Shown one piece after another: positions 17,372 to 25,556 of a DNA stretch of 64,000 nt. A program made the translations under genes and the position numbers. Where the stretch lies: assembly GCA_027035885.1 (NCBI GenBank), contig JALVTR010000135.1:9964-73963 (forward strand). The letters are read 5' to 3'. How positions within the stretch are numbered: position 1 is the first letter of the stretch; each line of letters opens with the position of its first letter. Below the pieces are notes generated by a model that did not search any database, was not told the origin of the DNA, and saw nothing but the letters and a program-made list of their open reading frames with translations. The DNA comes from Desulfurellales bacterium (GTDB lineage: Bacteria; Campylobacterota_A; Desulfurellia; Desulfurellales; Hippeaceae).

Positions 17372-19819
17372 TTGGAAAAGTACAATCCAGCAGAGATTGA
17401 GATAAAGTGGCAGAGGATTTGGGAAGAACAAGGAGTTTTCAAAGCCAAAGATTTTGACGATAAAAGACCCAAATTCTATCAGCTTGAGATGTTCCCGTAT
17501 CCCTCGGGTAGAATTCACATGGGTCATGTGAGGAATTACACTATAGGTGATGCCATAGCCCGCTATAAAATGGCCCAGGGCTATAATGTCCTACACCCAA
17601 TGGGATTTGACGCCTTCGGTTTGCCTGCCGAGAATGCAGCAATAAACAACAATACACACCCAGCCAGATGGACATACTCAAACATCGATTATATGATTAA
17701 AGAACTTAAAAGGTTGGGTTTTTCATATGATTGGAATAGGCTTGTTGCAACATGTGATTCGGATTATTACAGGTGGGAGCAAAAAATATTTATTGAAATG
17801 TTTAAAAATGGTATGGTTTATCGTTCTAAAAGTACGGTTAACTATTGCCCTTCATGTAAAACCGTTCTTGCCAATGAGCAAGTAGAGGATGGTAAATGTT
17901 GGAGATGTGGTAGCGAGGTTGTGCAAAAGGAAATGGATGAGTGGTTTTTGAAAATCACAGACTATGCAGATCAGTTGCTTGACGATATGAAACTTATAGA
18001 GGACGGTTGGCCAGAGCGCGTTTTGATACAGCAGAGAAATTGGATAGGGAAATCCAAGGGTGCTTTTGTGAAATTCAATCTCAAGGGAAAGGATGATTAT
18101 TTAGAGGTATTTACCACACGTCCAGACACGCTGTTCGGTGTTACATTCGTTAGTATTGCTCCCCATCATCCAAAATTAATAGAGCTTGTGAGCGAGGAAT
18201 ATAAAGATAGAATTAAAAACTTTGTAAAAGAGTTTAATAAGGCCGATAGGGATTTCTCAAAAGAGAAGGAGGGTGTATTTACAGGTATTTACTTGATAAA
18301 CCCTGTGAATGGTCAGGAAGTACCACTATATGCTGCTAATTTTGTTTTGATGGAGTACGGAACAGGCGTTGTCATGGCAGTTCCTGGTCATGATCAGAGG
18401 GACTTTGAATTTGCAAAGAAGTACAACTTGCCGATAAAAAAGGTTATCCATACAGAAAGTCTTTCGGATAATCCAGATGAATGGGAAAGCGCTTATTCAG
18501 ATCCGGGTGTACTTGTAAATTCAAAGCAGTTTAATGGCATGGACAATGAGAAGGCAAAATGGGAGATTGTTAATTGGCTTGAGGAAAAAGGCTTAGCTAA
18601 AGTTGGCTATCAATACAGGCTAAGGGATTGGAACGTGTCAAGACAGAGATATTGGGGTGCGCCAATTCCTGTTATCTACTGTCCAAACTGCGGTATCGTT
18701 CCTGAAAAAATCGAGAATTTGCCCGTTGAATTACCTGAGGATGTTAAATTTACAGGTGAGGGTGGATCACCACTTGCCAAAGTAGATGAGTTTGTGAATA
18801 CAAAATGTCCTATCTGTGGTGCTGATGCAAGGAGGGAAACGGATACTTTTGATACTTTCATTGAGTCTTCATGGTACTTTCTGAGGTACTGTTCACCGAA
18901 ATACGATAAAGATATATTCGATAAAAAAACGGTCAATTATTGGATGGATGTTGACCAATATGTTGGTGGTATTGAGCATGCCGTTATGCATCTGCTTTAT
19001 GCACGCTACTTCACAAAGGTCTTAAGGGATTTGGGTTATGTGGATTCAACGGAGCCATTCAAGAGACTTCTTACACAAGGCATGGTCATAAAAGATGGCG
19101 CAAAGATGAGCAAATCCAAGGGTAATGTTGTAGATCCTGATGATATAATCAAACAATACGGTGCCGATACGGCAAGGTTGTTTATACTATTTGCAGCACC
19201 GCCAGAAAAAGATCTTGAGTGGTCGGATGAAGGTGTTGAGGGAGCTTATAGGTTTTTAAACAGACTTTGGAGGTTGTTTTATAATCACAATAATCTAAAA
19301 TCCGGTGAGGTTGAGATAAGCACCGATAGGCTAAGGGATTTGAATTACCATATAAATTATACGATAAAGCGCGTTACAGACGATTTTGAAGTATATCACT
19401 TTAACACAACAATCGCCGCGTGTATGGAGTTTGTGAATTACTTATACGATTTTAAGCCTAAAACTAAGGATGAAAAGAAACTTTATGCAAAAGCATTGGA
19501 AACCCTTTTAAAACTTCTAAATCCGATTGTTCCGCACATTACAGAGGAACTATGGAGTATGTCGGGTCATGATACACTTTTGGTAAACGAAAAATGGCCA
19601 ACCTATGATGGAAAGGCTATAGTTAAAGATACAGTAATTATGGCGATAACGGTTAACGGTAAATTGAGGGACACTATTGAGTTTTCTCGTGGATCAGATG
19701 AAAGTGAAGTTTTTGCAAAAGCCATTGAGAGTCCAAGGGTGAAAAGGCATGTGGATGGAAGAGAGATTGTTAAGAAAATATTTGTTAAAGATAAATTGCT
19801 AAACATTGTGGTGAAGTAA
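17372..19819 (+). CDS. leuS: Leucine--tRNA ligase
   Basis: MFPYPSGRIHMGH (HIGH), KMSKS, editing domain; TTG start with GAGGAGG SD. Confidence 0.98.
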   Translation: MEKYNPAEIEIKWQRIWEEQGVFKAKDFDDKRPKFYQLEMFPYPSGRIHMGHVRNYTIGDAIARYKMAQGYNVLHPMGFDAFGLPAENAAINNNTHPARWTYSNIDYMIKELKRLGFSYDWNRLVATCDSDYYRWEQKIFIEMFKNGMVYRSKSTVNYCPSCKTVLANEQVEDGKCWRCGSEVVQKEMDEWFLKITDYADQLLDDMKLIEDGWPERVLIQQRNWIGKSKGAFVKFNLKGKDDYLEVFTTRPDTLFGVTFVSIAPHHPKLIELVSEEYKDRIKNFVKEFNKADRDFSKEKEGVFTGIYLINPVNGQEVPLYAANFVLMEYGTGVVMAVPGHDQRDFEFAKKYNLPIKKVIHTESLSDNPDEWESAYSDPGVLVNSKQFNGMDNEKAKWEIVNWLEEKGLAKVGYQYRLRDWNVSRQRYWGAPIPVIYCPNCGIVPEKIENLPVELPEDVKFTGEGGSPLAKVDEFVNTKCPICGADARRETDTFDTFIESSWYFLRYCSPKYDKDIFDKKTVNYWMDVDQYVGGIEHAVMHLLYARYFTKVLRDLGYVDSTEPFKRLLTQGMVIKDGAKMSKSKGNVVDPDDIIKQYGADTARLFILFAAPPEKDLEWSDEGVEGAYRFLNRLWRLFYNHNNLKSGEVEISTDRLRDLNYHINYTIKRVTDDFEVYHFNTTIAACMEFVNYLYDFKPKTKDEKKLYAKALETLLKLLNPIVPHITEELWSMSGHDTLLVNEKWPTYDGKAIVKDTVIMAITVNGKLRDTIEFSRGSDESEVFAKAIESPRVKRHVDGREIVKKIFVKDKLLNIVVK

Positions 19820-20322
19820 TGAAAAAAGTTGCTTTAGTTTTATTGTTTTTTGTACTTTATGGTTGTAGCTATAACTTTGTTGGACAAAGTAATTCTCTAC
19901 CAGGCGGTATAAAGAGGCTTTTTATTGCAAACGTGGTTAATTTTACAACAGAGCCCAACCTGCAGGTTTATTTGAAAAAAGACCTTATTAATACGTTTGA
20001 CTTAGACAGAAGGGTAATAGTTGCAAATGATGAGAATCAAGCTGATGGTGTTTTAGAAGTTGAGGTTACAAACTACTCTGTTAGTCCAATTTCTTATTCT
20101 TCGTCCGGCTTTGCAAGTAGGTATAGATGTGCTGTTCTTGTCAAGTTGAAACTGTTAAACTCAGAAGGCAAAATCATCGAAAATAAGACGCTTGAGAGTT
20201 ATCAGGATTTTAATGCTCAAAACGGCGTTGATGCTACAGAAAAAGCAAGGGAAAGTGTATCTGAGAATGTTTTAAAGGATTTGTCTTTAAAGATTAGGGA
20301 TGCTTTATTTGTGAATTTCTGA
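19819..20322 (+). CDS. lptE: LPS assembly lipoprotein LptE family
   Basis: Lipobox LYG-C-SY, position after leuS, alpha/beta LptE-like pattern. Confidence 0.8.
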   Translation: MKKVALVLLFFVLYGCSYNFVGQSNSLPGGIKRLFIANVVNFTTEPNLQVYLKKDLINTFDLDRRVIVANDENQADGVLEVEVTNYSVSPISYSSSGFASRYRCAVLVKLKLLNSEGKIIENKTLESYQDFNAQNGVDATEKARESVSENVLKDLSLKIRDALFVNF

Positions 20323-20323
20323 T

Positions 20324-20674
20324 ATGTACTTTCTTATTAAATGGGCGATAAATACAATAGCTTTGGGGATAGCTGTTCTAATAGTTAAGGGAATTACTAT
20401 AAGCGGCGTATTTTCTCTTATAATTGCAAGTCTCGTGATAGGCTTTCTCAATGCATCACTGAAGCCTATCATGCTTGTTTTGACTTTGCCATTAAACATA
20501 TTAACCATGGGGATGTTTACTTTTGTAATCAATACAATCATGATTCTGATAACCTCGCAAATCGTTAGGGGGTTTGATGTTTCAAGTTTTTGGGCTGCCT
20601 TTACAGCCTCCATTTTGATGAGTATAGTAAGTTTTATGTTGAACGTCTTTGTTGGTAGTGGGAGAGAGTTATGA
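20324..20674 (+). CDS. 4-TM membrane protein, YvlD / 'phage holin 4_2' family
   Basis: KPIMLVLTLPLNILTMGMFTFVIN and GFDVSSFWAAF motifs. Confidence 0.85.
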   Translation: MYFLIKWAINTIALGIAVLIVKGITISGVFSLIIASLVIGFLNASLKPIMLVLTLPLNILTMGMFTFVINTIMILITSQIVRGFDVSSFWAAFTASILMSIVSFMLNVFVGSGREL

Positions 20675-21768
20675 GAACTATTCCGCCTTTGAGAATTCAA
20701 GAATTAGAAGCCAAAATACCCATTATTCAGGGTGGCATGGGTGTTGGTATTTCCCTCTCTAGTCTTGCTGGAGCTGTTGCTAAAACTGGTGCAATTGGGG
20801 TTATTTCTGCTGCAGAAATCGGCATGATATATGAAGATGAGTTCATGAAAAACCCTCAGGCTACGGATAGAAAAGCTTTGAGAGATGAGATTATAAGGGC
20901 CAAGGATATTGCAAATGGTGGTATTGTAGGCGTAAATATAATGGTGGCGATGAGTGAGTTTTTTGAGCTGTGTGAGGTTGCTATAGACAGTGGTACGGAT
21001 ATTATTTTTGCTGGAGCTGGACTACCTTTAGGGATTCCCTATGAAAAGATGAGAAAGTCAAAGACAAAATTTGGTGTGATTGTGTCTTCGGCCCGGGCTA
21101 CAACATTGATTTTTAGGTATTGGGATAGGCATTATAAGGATATTCCTGATATTGTTGTTGTTGAAGGGCCTAAAGCTGGCGGGCATTTAGGCTTTAAATT
21201 GGAACAGATAAATGATCCCAACTTTGCATTAGAAAGGATAACTCCGCCTGTTATTGAAGCTGTGAAACCATTTGAAAGAAAATACTCTAAAGATGTACCT
21301 GTTGTAGCGGCAGGTGGCATATACACAGGTGAAGATATCTACTACTTTATGAACGAGATAGGAGTTAATGGTATTCAAATGGCAACACGTTTTGTAGCAG
21401 CGCATGAGTGCGATGCAGATATAAAGTTTAAGGAAGCCTATATTAAAGCCAGAGAGGAGGATGTGGTTATAATAAAAAGCCCTGTTGGAATGCCGGGTAG
21501 GGCGATTAGAAACAAATTTTTGGAAGATGTGGAAGAAGGCAAAAAACAACCATTTAAATGCCTTTGGCAGTGTTTAAAAGGATGTGATTACAAACATGCG
21601 CCGTATTGCATTACCCAAGCTTTGGTCAATGCACAAAAAGGTAGGTTTGGAGGTGGTTTTGCCTTTGCTGGAGCAAATGTTTACCGTGTTGATAAAATAG
21701 TTTCTGTACAAGAATTGATAGATGAGCTTGTGAGGGGCTACATAGAGGCTTCTGAAGCCAACTATTGA
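20671..21768 (+). CDS. Nitronate monooxygenase-family flavoprotein (FabK/FabX-like)
   Basis: IIQGGMGVGIS, EGPKAGGH, AAGGI, QMATRF, C-terminal CxxxCxxxC-x7-C. Confidence 0.85.
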   Translation: MRTIPPLRIQELEAKIPIIQGGMGVGISLSSLAGAVAKTGAIGVISAAEIGMIYEDEFMKNPQATDRKALRDEIIRAKDIANGGIVGVNIMVAMSEFFELCEVAIDSGTDIIFAGAGLPLGIPYEKMRKSKTKFGVIVSSARATTLIFRYWDRHYKDIPDIVVVEGPKAGGHLGFKLEQINDPNFALERITPPVIEAVKPFERKYSKDVPVVAAGGIYTGEDIYYFMNEIGVNGIQMATRFVAAHECDADIKFKEAYIKAREEDVVIIKSPVGMPGRAIRNKFLEDVEEGKKQPFKCLWQCLKGCDYKHAPYCITQALVNAQKGRFGGGFAFAGANVYRVDKIVSVQELIDELVRGYIEASEANY

Positions 21769-21793
21769 AAGTAAATTAATCTTAAGCTAAGGT
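21765..21793 (+). promoter_or_regulatory. Putative sigma70 promoter of typA
   Basis: TTGAAA-N17-TAAGGT, with ATG 9 nt downstream. Confidence 0.5.
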
Positions 21794-21802
21794 AATATAA
21801 AA

Positions 21803-23626
21803 ATGGAAAAGAACGAAAAAATAAGAAATGTGGCTATTATTGCGCATGTTGATCATGGCAAAACCACCTTGGTGGATGCGATGCTTAAGCAGAGTGGATT
21901 ATTTAGGGAAAATCAGGTGATTCAGGAAAGGATTCTGGACTCTTTGGATCTTGAGCGTGAGCATGGAATAACAATAAGAGCAAAGAACTGCGCGATAAAT
22001 TTCAAAGGTGTGAAGATAAACATCGTTGATACGCCAGGACATGCTGATTTTGGCGGAGAAGTCGAGAGAGCTTTATCCATGGTTGATGGAGCGTTACTTT
22101 TGGTTGATGCCGCTGAGGGTGTTTTGCCTCAAACGAGGTTTGTTGTTAAAAAAACTTTGGATAGAAAACTGCCTATAATCGTAATTTTGAACAAGATTGA
22201 CAGAAAAGATGCCCGACCAAATGAGGTATTGGATGAAGTATACGATTTGTTTATAGATTTGGATGCTACAGAGGAACAATTAGATTTTGAGTACTTTTAT
22301 TGCGTTGCTAAGGAGGGAAAAGTCAAAAGTGACTTAAACGTTAATTTCAACGATTTGACGTCAATTTTTGAGGCTATTTTGGAAAATATAAGCCCACCAA
22401 ATGTTGATAGTAGCAAACCTACGCAGATGCAGGTGAGTGATGTGTCATACTCCGATTATTTAGGCAGACTTGCTATAGGCAAAGTTTTGAACAATCCATT
22501 AAATAAAAGTGACGAGTTATTATTGGTTGATAGAAAAGACAATAAGTTTCCTTTTAGAATTACTCAGCTTCAGGTATACGAAGGGCTTGCTCTAAAAAGC
22601 GTTGATAAGGTTGATCCGGGAGATATAGCCATTGTTGCTGGTGACGTGCCTTCTATAACAATCGGTGATACATTGACAATAAAGGATTATCCTTATTCTT
22701 TGCCGGACATGAAAATTGATGAGCCAACAGTTTCCATGATGTTTGGTATAAACACTTCTCCGTTTTCTGGAAGTGAAGGTTCCATTGTCCAGATGAACAG
22801 AATCAAGGATAGACTGTGGCTTGAAGAAAAGCGCAACGTGTCTGTAAGGGTTGAAGAAACAGATAATCCAGATAAGGTTATTGTGAAAGCACGAGGCGAG
22901 TTGCAGCTTGTTATCTTGATTGAGTCTATGAGAAAGGAAGGTTTTGAATTAACAGTTGGTAGACCTCAGGTTATACTTAAAAAGGAAAACGGTGAGATTC
23001 TTGAACCCATAGAACATCTGCTTATCGATTGCAATGAAGAATTTATGGGTGTTGTGACGAGTAAACTACAAACAAGAAAAGCGAAGTTAATAAATTTGAC
23101 AAATAAGGGCTCTGGAAGAGTGCGACTTGAATTTGTTGTGCCGACGAGAGCCATAATTGGTTTTAGGGACGAGTTTTTAACTGATACGAAGGGCACAGGT
23201 ATCATGAATAGCTACCTTGAGGGATACAGTGAGTTTGTCGGTGAGATTAAGAGCAGGTTTAGTGGTTCTTTAGTATCGGATAGGGATGGAATGGCCACAC
23301 CTTATGCTCTGTTTAACCTTGAGCCACGTGGTAGGCTTTTTATTAGACCGGGTGAAAAAGTTTATGAGGGCATGGTAATTGGCGAACATAACAGGGAGAA
23401 GGATTTAGACGTCAATCCAACAAAGGAGAAGAAACTCTCTAACATGAGGGCTGCAGGTAAAGACGACAGTATTATACTTGCTCCAGTTGTGCCGATGAAT
23501 TTACAGAGGGCTGTGAATTTTATAAAGGATGATGAATATGTGGAGGTAACACCTATTTCTATCAGGCTAAGAAAAGCTATTCTTTCAGCCCAGAAGAGGA
23601 GAATGATTGGCCATGGCAGGACCTAA
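21803..23626 (+). CDS. typA: Translational GTPase TypA/BipA
   Basis: IAHVDHGKTT, DTPGHADFGGEVER, NKID, RGELQL, YEGMVIGE. Confidence 0.97.
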   Translation: MEKNEKIRNVAIIAHVDHGKTTLVDAMLKQSGLFRENQVIQERILDSLDLEREHGITIRAKNCAINFKGVKINIVDTPGHADFGGEVERALSMVDGALLLVDAAEGVLPQTRFVVKKTLDRKLPIIVILNKIDRKDARPNEVLDEVYDLFIDLDATEEQLDFEYFYCVAKEGKVKSDLNVNFNDLTSIFEAILENISPPNVDSSKPTQMQVSDVSYSDYLGRLAIGKVLNNPLNKSDELLLVDRKDNKFPFRITQLQVYEGLALKSVDKVDPGDIAIVAGDVPSITIGDTLTIKDYPYSLPDMKIDEPTVSMMFGINTSPFSGSEGSIVQMNRIKDRLWLEEKRNVSVRVEETDNPDKVIVKARGELQLVILIESMRKEGFELTVGRPQVILKKENGEILEPIEHLLIDCNEEFMGVVTSKLQTRKAKLINLTNKGSGRVRLEFVVPTRAIIGFRDEFLTDTKGTGIMNSYLEGYSEFVGEIKSRFSGSLVSDRDGMATPYALFNLEPRGRLFIRPGEKVYEGMVIGEHNREKDLDVNPTKEKKLSNMRAAGKDDSIILAPVVPMNLQRAVNFIKDDEYVEVTPISIRLRKAILSAQKRRMIGHGRT

Positions 23627-24911
23627 GGTTTACGTGGAGAGTTTGGGGTGCCCCAAGAATACGTCAGATAGCGAGTATATGGCAGGTATTTTAAGATACA
23701 GTGGGTGTGAGATTGTAAAAGGGCCAGAGCTGGCAGATATAATTTTGGTTAATACATGTGGATTTATAGAGCCGGCAAAACAGGAATCCATTAACACTAT
23801 TTTGGAATTTATAGGGTTAAAGAAAGAGCGTTTAAAAAAACTTATTGTAACAGGTTGTCTATACGAAAGATATAAAAGAGAATTGAAAAAAGAATTACCT
23901 GAGGTCGATGCTTTTTTGGGTGTACATGAACTTGATAAAATCTCTGATGTGATTTTGGGAAAAAGTGTTTATGGAGAGAGGCTTTATAAGTTTAGGGAAC
24001 TTTTAGAGAAGCCTTATATTGGTTACTTAAAAATCGCAGATGGATGTTCTAATGGCTGTACGTTTTGCGCTATTCCATTGATTAAAGGCGGATTTAAAAG
24101 CAGACCAATAAATGAGCTTGTTGATGAGGCAAATGTTCTTGCTGAAAAGGGCGTTAAAGAACTTTATGTGATTGCCCAAGATACAACGGCTTATATGTGT
24201 GAGAAGGGCTTAAAGAACCAACTCGTTAAACTTTTGAAAAGTCTGGAGAAGGTAGATGGTATTAAGTGGATAAGGATAATGTACACGTATCCATCCTTCA
24301 TAACGGATGAGTTGATTGATTTCATGGCAAGCTCCAAAAAGGTTGTTCACTACCTTGATGTGCCTTTTCAACATGCATCGAATAGAGTGCTGAAGGATAT
24401 GGGCAGAATGTATACTAGGTCCGATATGGAGAGGCTTTTAAAGAAATTGAGGGAAAAAATACCAGATATTGCCATAAGGTCAACATTTATTGTGGGTTTC
24501 CCAACGGAGACAGAGGAAGATTTTAATGAACTTTTGGATTTTTTAGGGGAAGCACGCCTCGATTGGTCAGGTTTTTTCAAATACTACAATGAGGAGGGCA
24601 CACTATCATTTAACAGATATGAAGATTTGGAGGATCAGGTGAAGCAGGAAAGACTAAGAGAAGCAGAAGCTTTAGCATCATCTGTAACAGAAGAAATAAA
24701 TGAGTCTTTTGTGGGCAAGAGGTTGAAAGTTCTGATAGATGGCGAAAGCGAGGATTTACCTGGATACTATGTTGGAAGGAGTTATAGAAGTGCTTATGAA
24801 ATAGATGGTATTGCTTACCTTGAAGATAATAAAGCTCAGGAAGGTTCATTTGAGAACGTAAAATTTAGCGAGATTATACCCCCTTTTGATTTCAAGGCAG
24901 TTGTTTTATGA
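23607..24911 (+). CDS. rimO: Ribosomal protein uS12 methylthiotransferase
   Basis: SLGCPKN, NTCGFIEPAKQES, GCL, YLKIADGCSNGCTFCAIP, C-terminal TRAM (EIDG). Start may instead be ATG at 23613. Confidence 0.93.
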   Translation: MAMAGPKVYVESLGCPKNTSDSEYMAGILRYSGCEIVKGPELADIILVNTCGFIEPAKQESINTILEFIGLKKERLKKLIVTGCLYERYKRELKKELPEVDAFLGVHELDKISDVILGKSVYGERLYKFRELLEKPYIGYLKIADGCSNGCTFCAIPLIKGGFKSRPINELVDEANVLAEKGVKELYVIAQDTTAYMCEKGLKNQLVKLLKSLEKVDGIKWIRIMYTYPSFITDELIDFMASSKKVVHYLDVPFQHASNRVLKDMGRMYTRSDMERLLKKLREKIPDIAIRSTFIVGFPTETEEDFNELLDFLGEARLDWSGFFKYYNEEGTLSFNRYEDLEDQVKQERLREAEALASSVTEEINESFVGKRLKVLIDGESEDLPGYYVGRSYRSAYEIDGIAYLEDNKAQEGSFENVKFSEIIPPFDFKAVVL

Positions 24912-24952
24912 ATTTGGATAAATAGTTGCAGGCTATCTAAGCCGAGCTTTTT

Positions 24953-25441
24953 TTAAGAGAATATTTTCTCAAGCATTCTCTTCTCGTCGGCTTCAACCTT
25001 TTCCATAGCCTCTTTGATTGTTCGAGTGAAAATTTTGGCCATTAAGCCTATATTCATCTTGGCAATATAGGTTTTTCCGTCTGTTTTTTCCATAACAGCC
25101 CAGGAGCAAGGCATAATGCCAGCCATTGCATTGTTTGTGTTTATAACTTTTGCAGCTAATTTTGCGTTGCAAACAAAGTAAACGGTGAGTTTTCTTATGT
25201 TTGGCACATCTATATTTTTGTTTTCAAAGGACTTGTAGAAATCCCATTTATTAATAGGAAATCCCCAGCCCTCACTTGCAAACTCTGGAATGACATTTTC
25301 GATTGCCTCGCATGTCTCCTCAAAACTCTTAGGGCTTTTGATTTCTTTTACCATCTGTGTTTGAAATAGTTTCATTCCAACCAAACCTACACCACCTACT
25401 CCTGCTATCAGTCCTACTGGGAATGCCAAAACTTTGCTCAT
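24953..25441 (-). CDS. DUF302 domain protein with N-terminal membrane anchor
   Basis: VYFVCNAKLA and MPCSWAVME DUF302 motifs; Gly-rich hydrophobic N-terminus; GGAGG SD before ATG 25441. Confidence 0.8.
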   Translation of the reverse strand: MSKVLAFPVGLIAGVGGVGLVGMKLFQTQMVKEIKSPKSFEETCEAIENVIPEFASEGWGFPINKWDFYKSFENKNIDVPNIRKLTVYFVCNAKLAAKVINTNNAMAGIMPCSWAVMEKTDGKTYIAKMNIGLMAKIFTRTIKEAMEKVEADEKRMLEKIFS

Positions 25442-25520
25442 ATTAAAGCCTCCTAACATAGAACTTGTTACTTTTCAGCTCTTTAGTATAAATGTTTATA
25501 CACATAATTCAATTTATTTG

Positions 25521-25549
25521 TTGCCATGCGATGTTTTTTTTAATATATT
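25521..25549 (+). promoter_or_regulatory. Putative sigma70 promoter of lptD
   Basis: TTGCCA-N17-TATATT, with in-frame GTG 7 nt downstream. Confidence 0.55.
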
Positions 25550-25556
25550 TTTCGAA

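Noticed and set aside
20324-20674. 'Phage holin' as evidence of a prophage
   Set aside because: The YvlD family is a common chromosomal membrane protein; no endolysin, structural or integrase genes are nearby.
25434-25556. ORF-track N-terminal extension of lptD
   Set aside because: It overlaps the divergent DUF302 start and the promoter; the signal peptide begins at GTG 25557.
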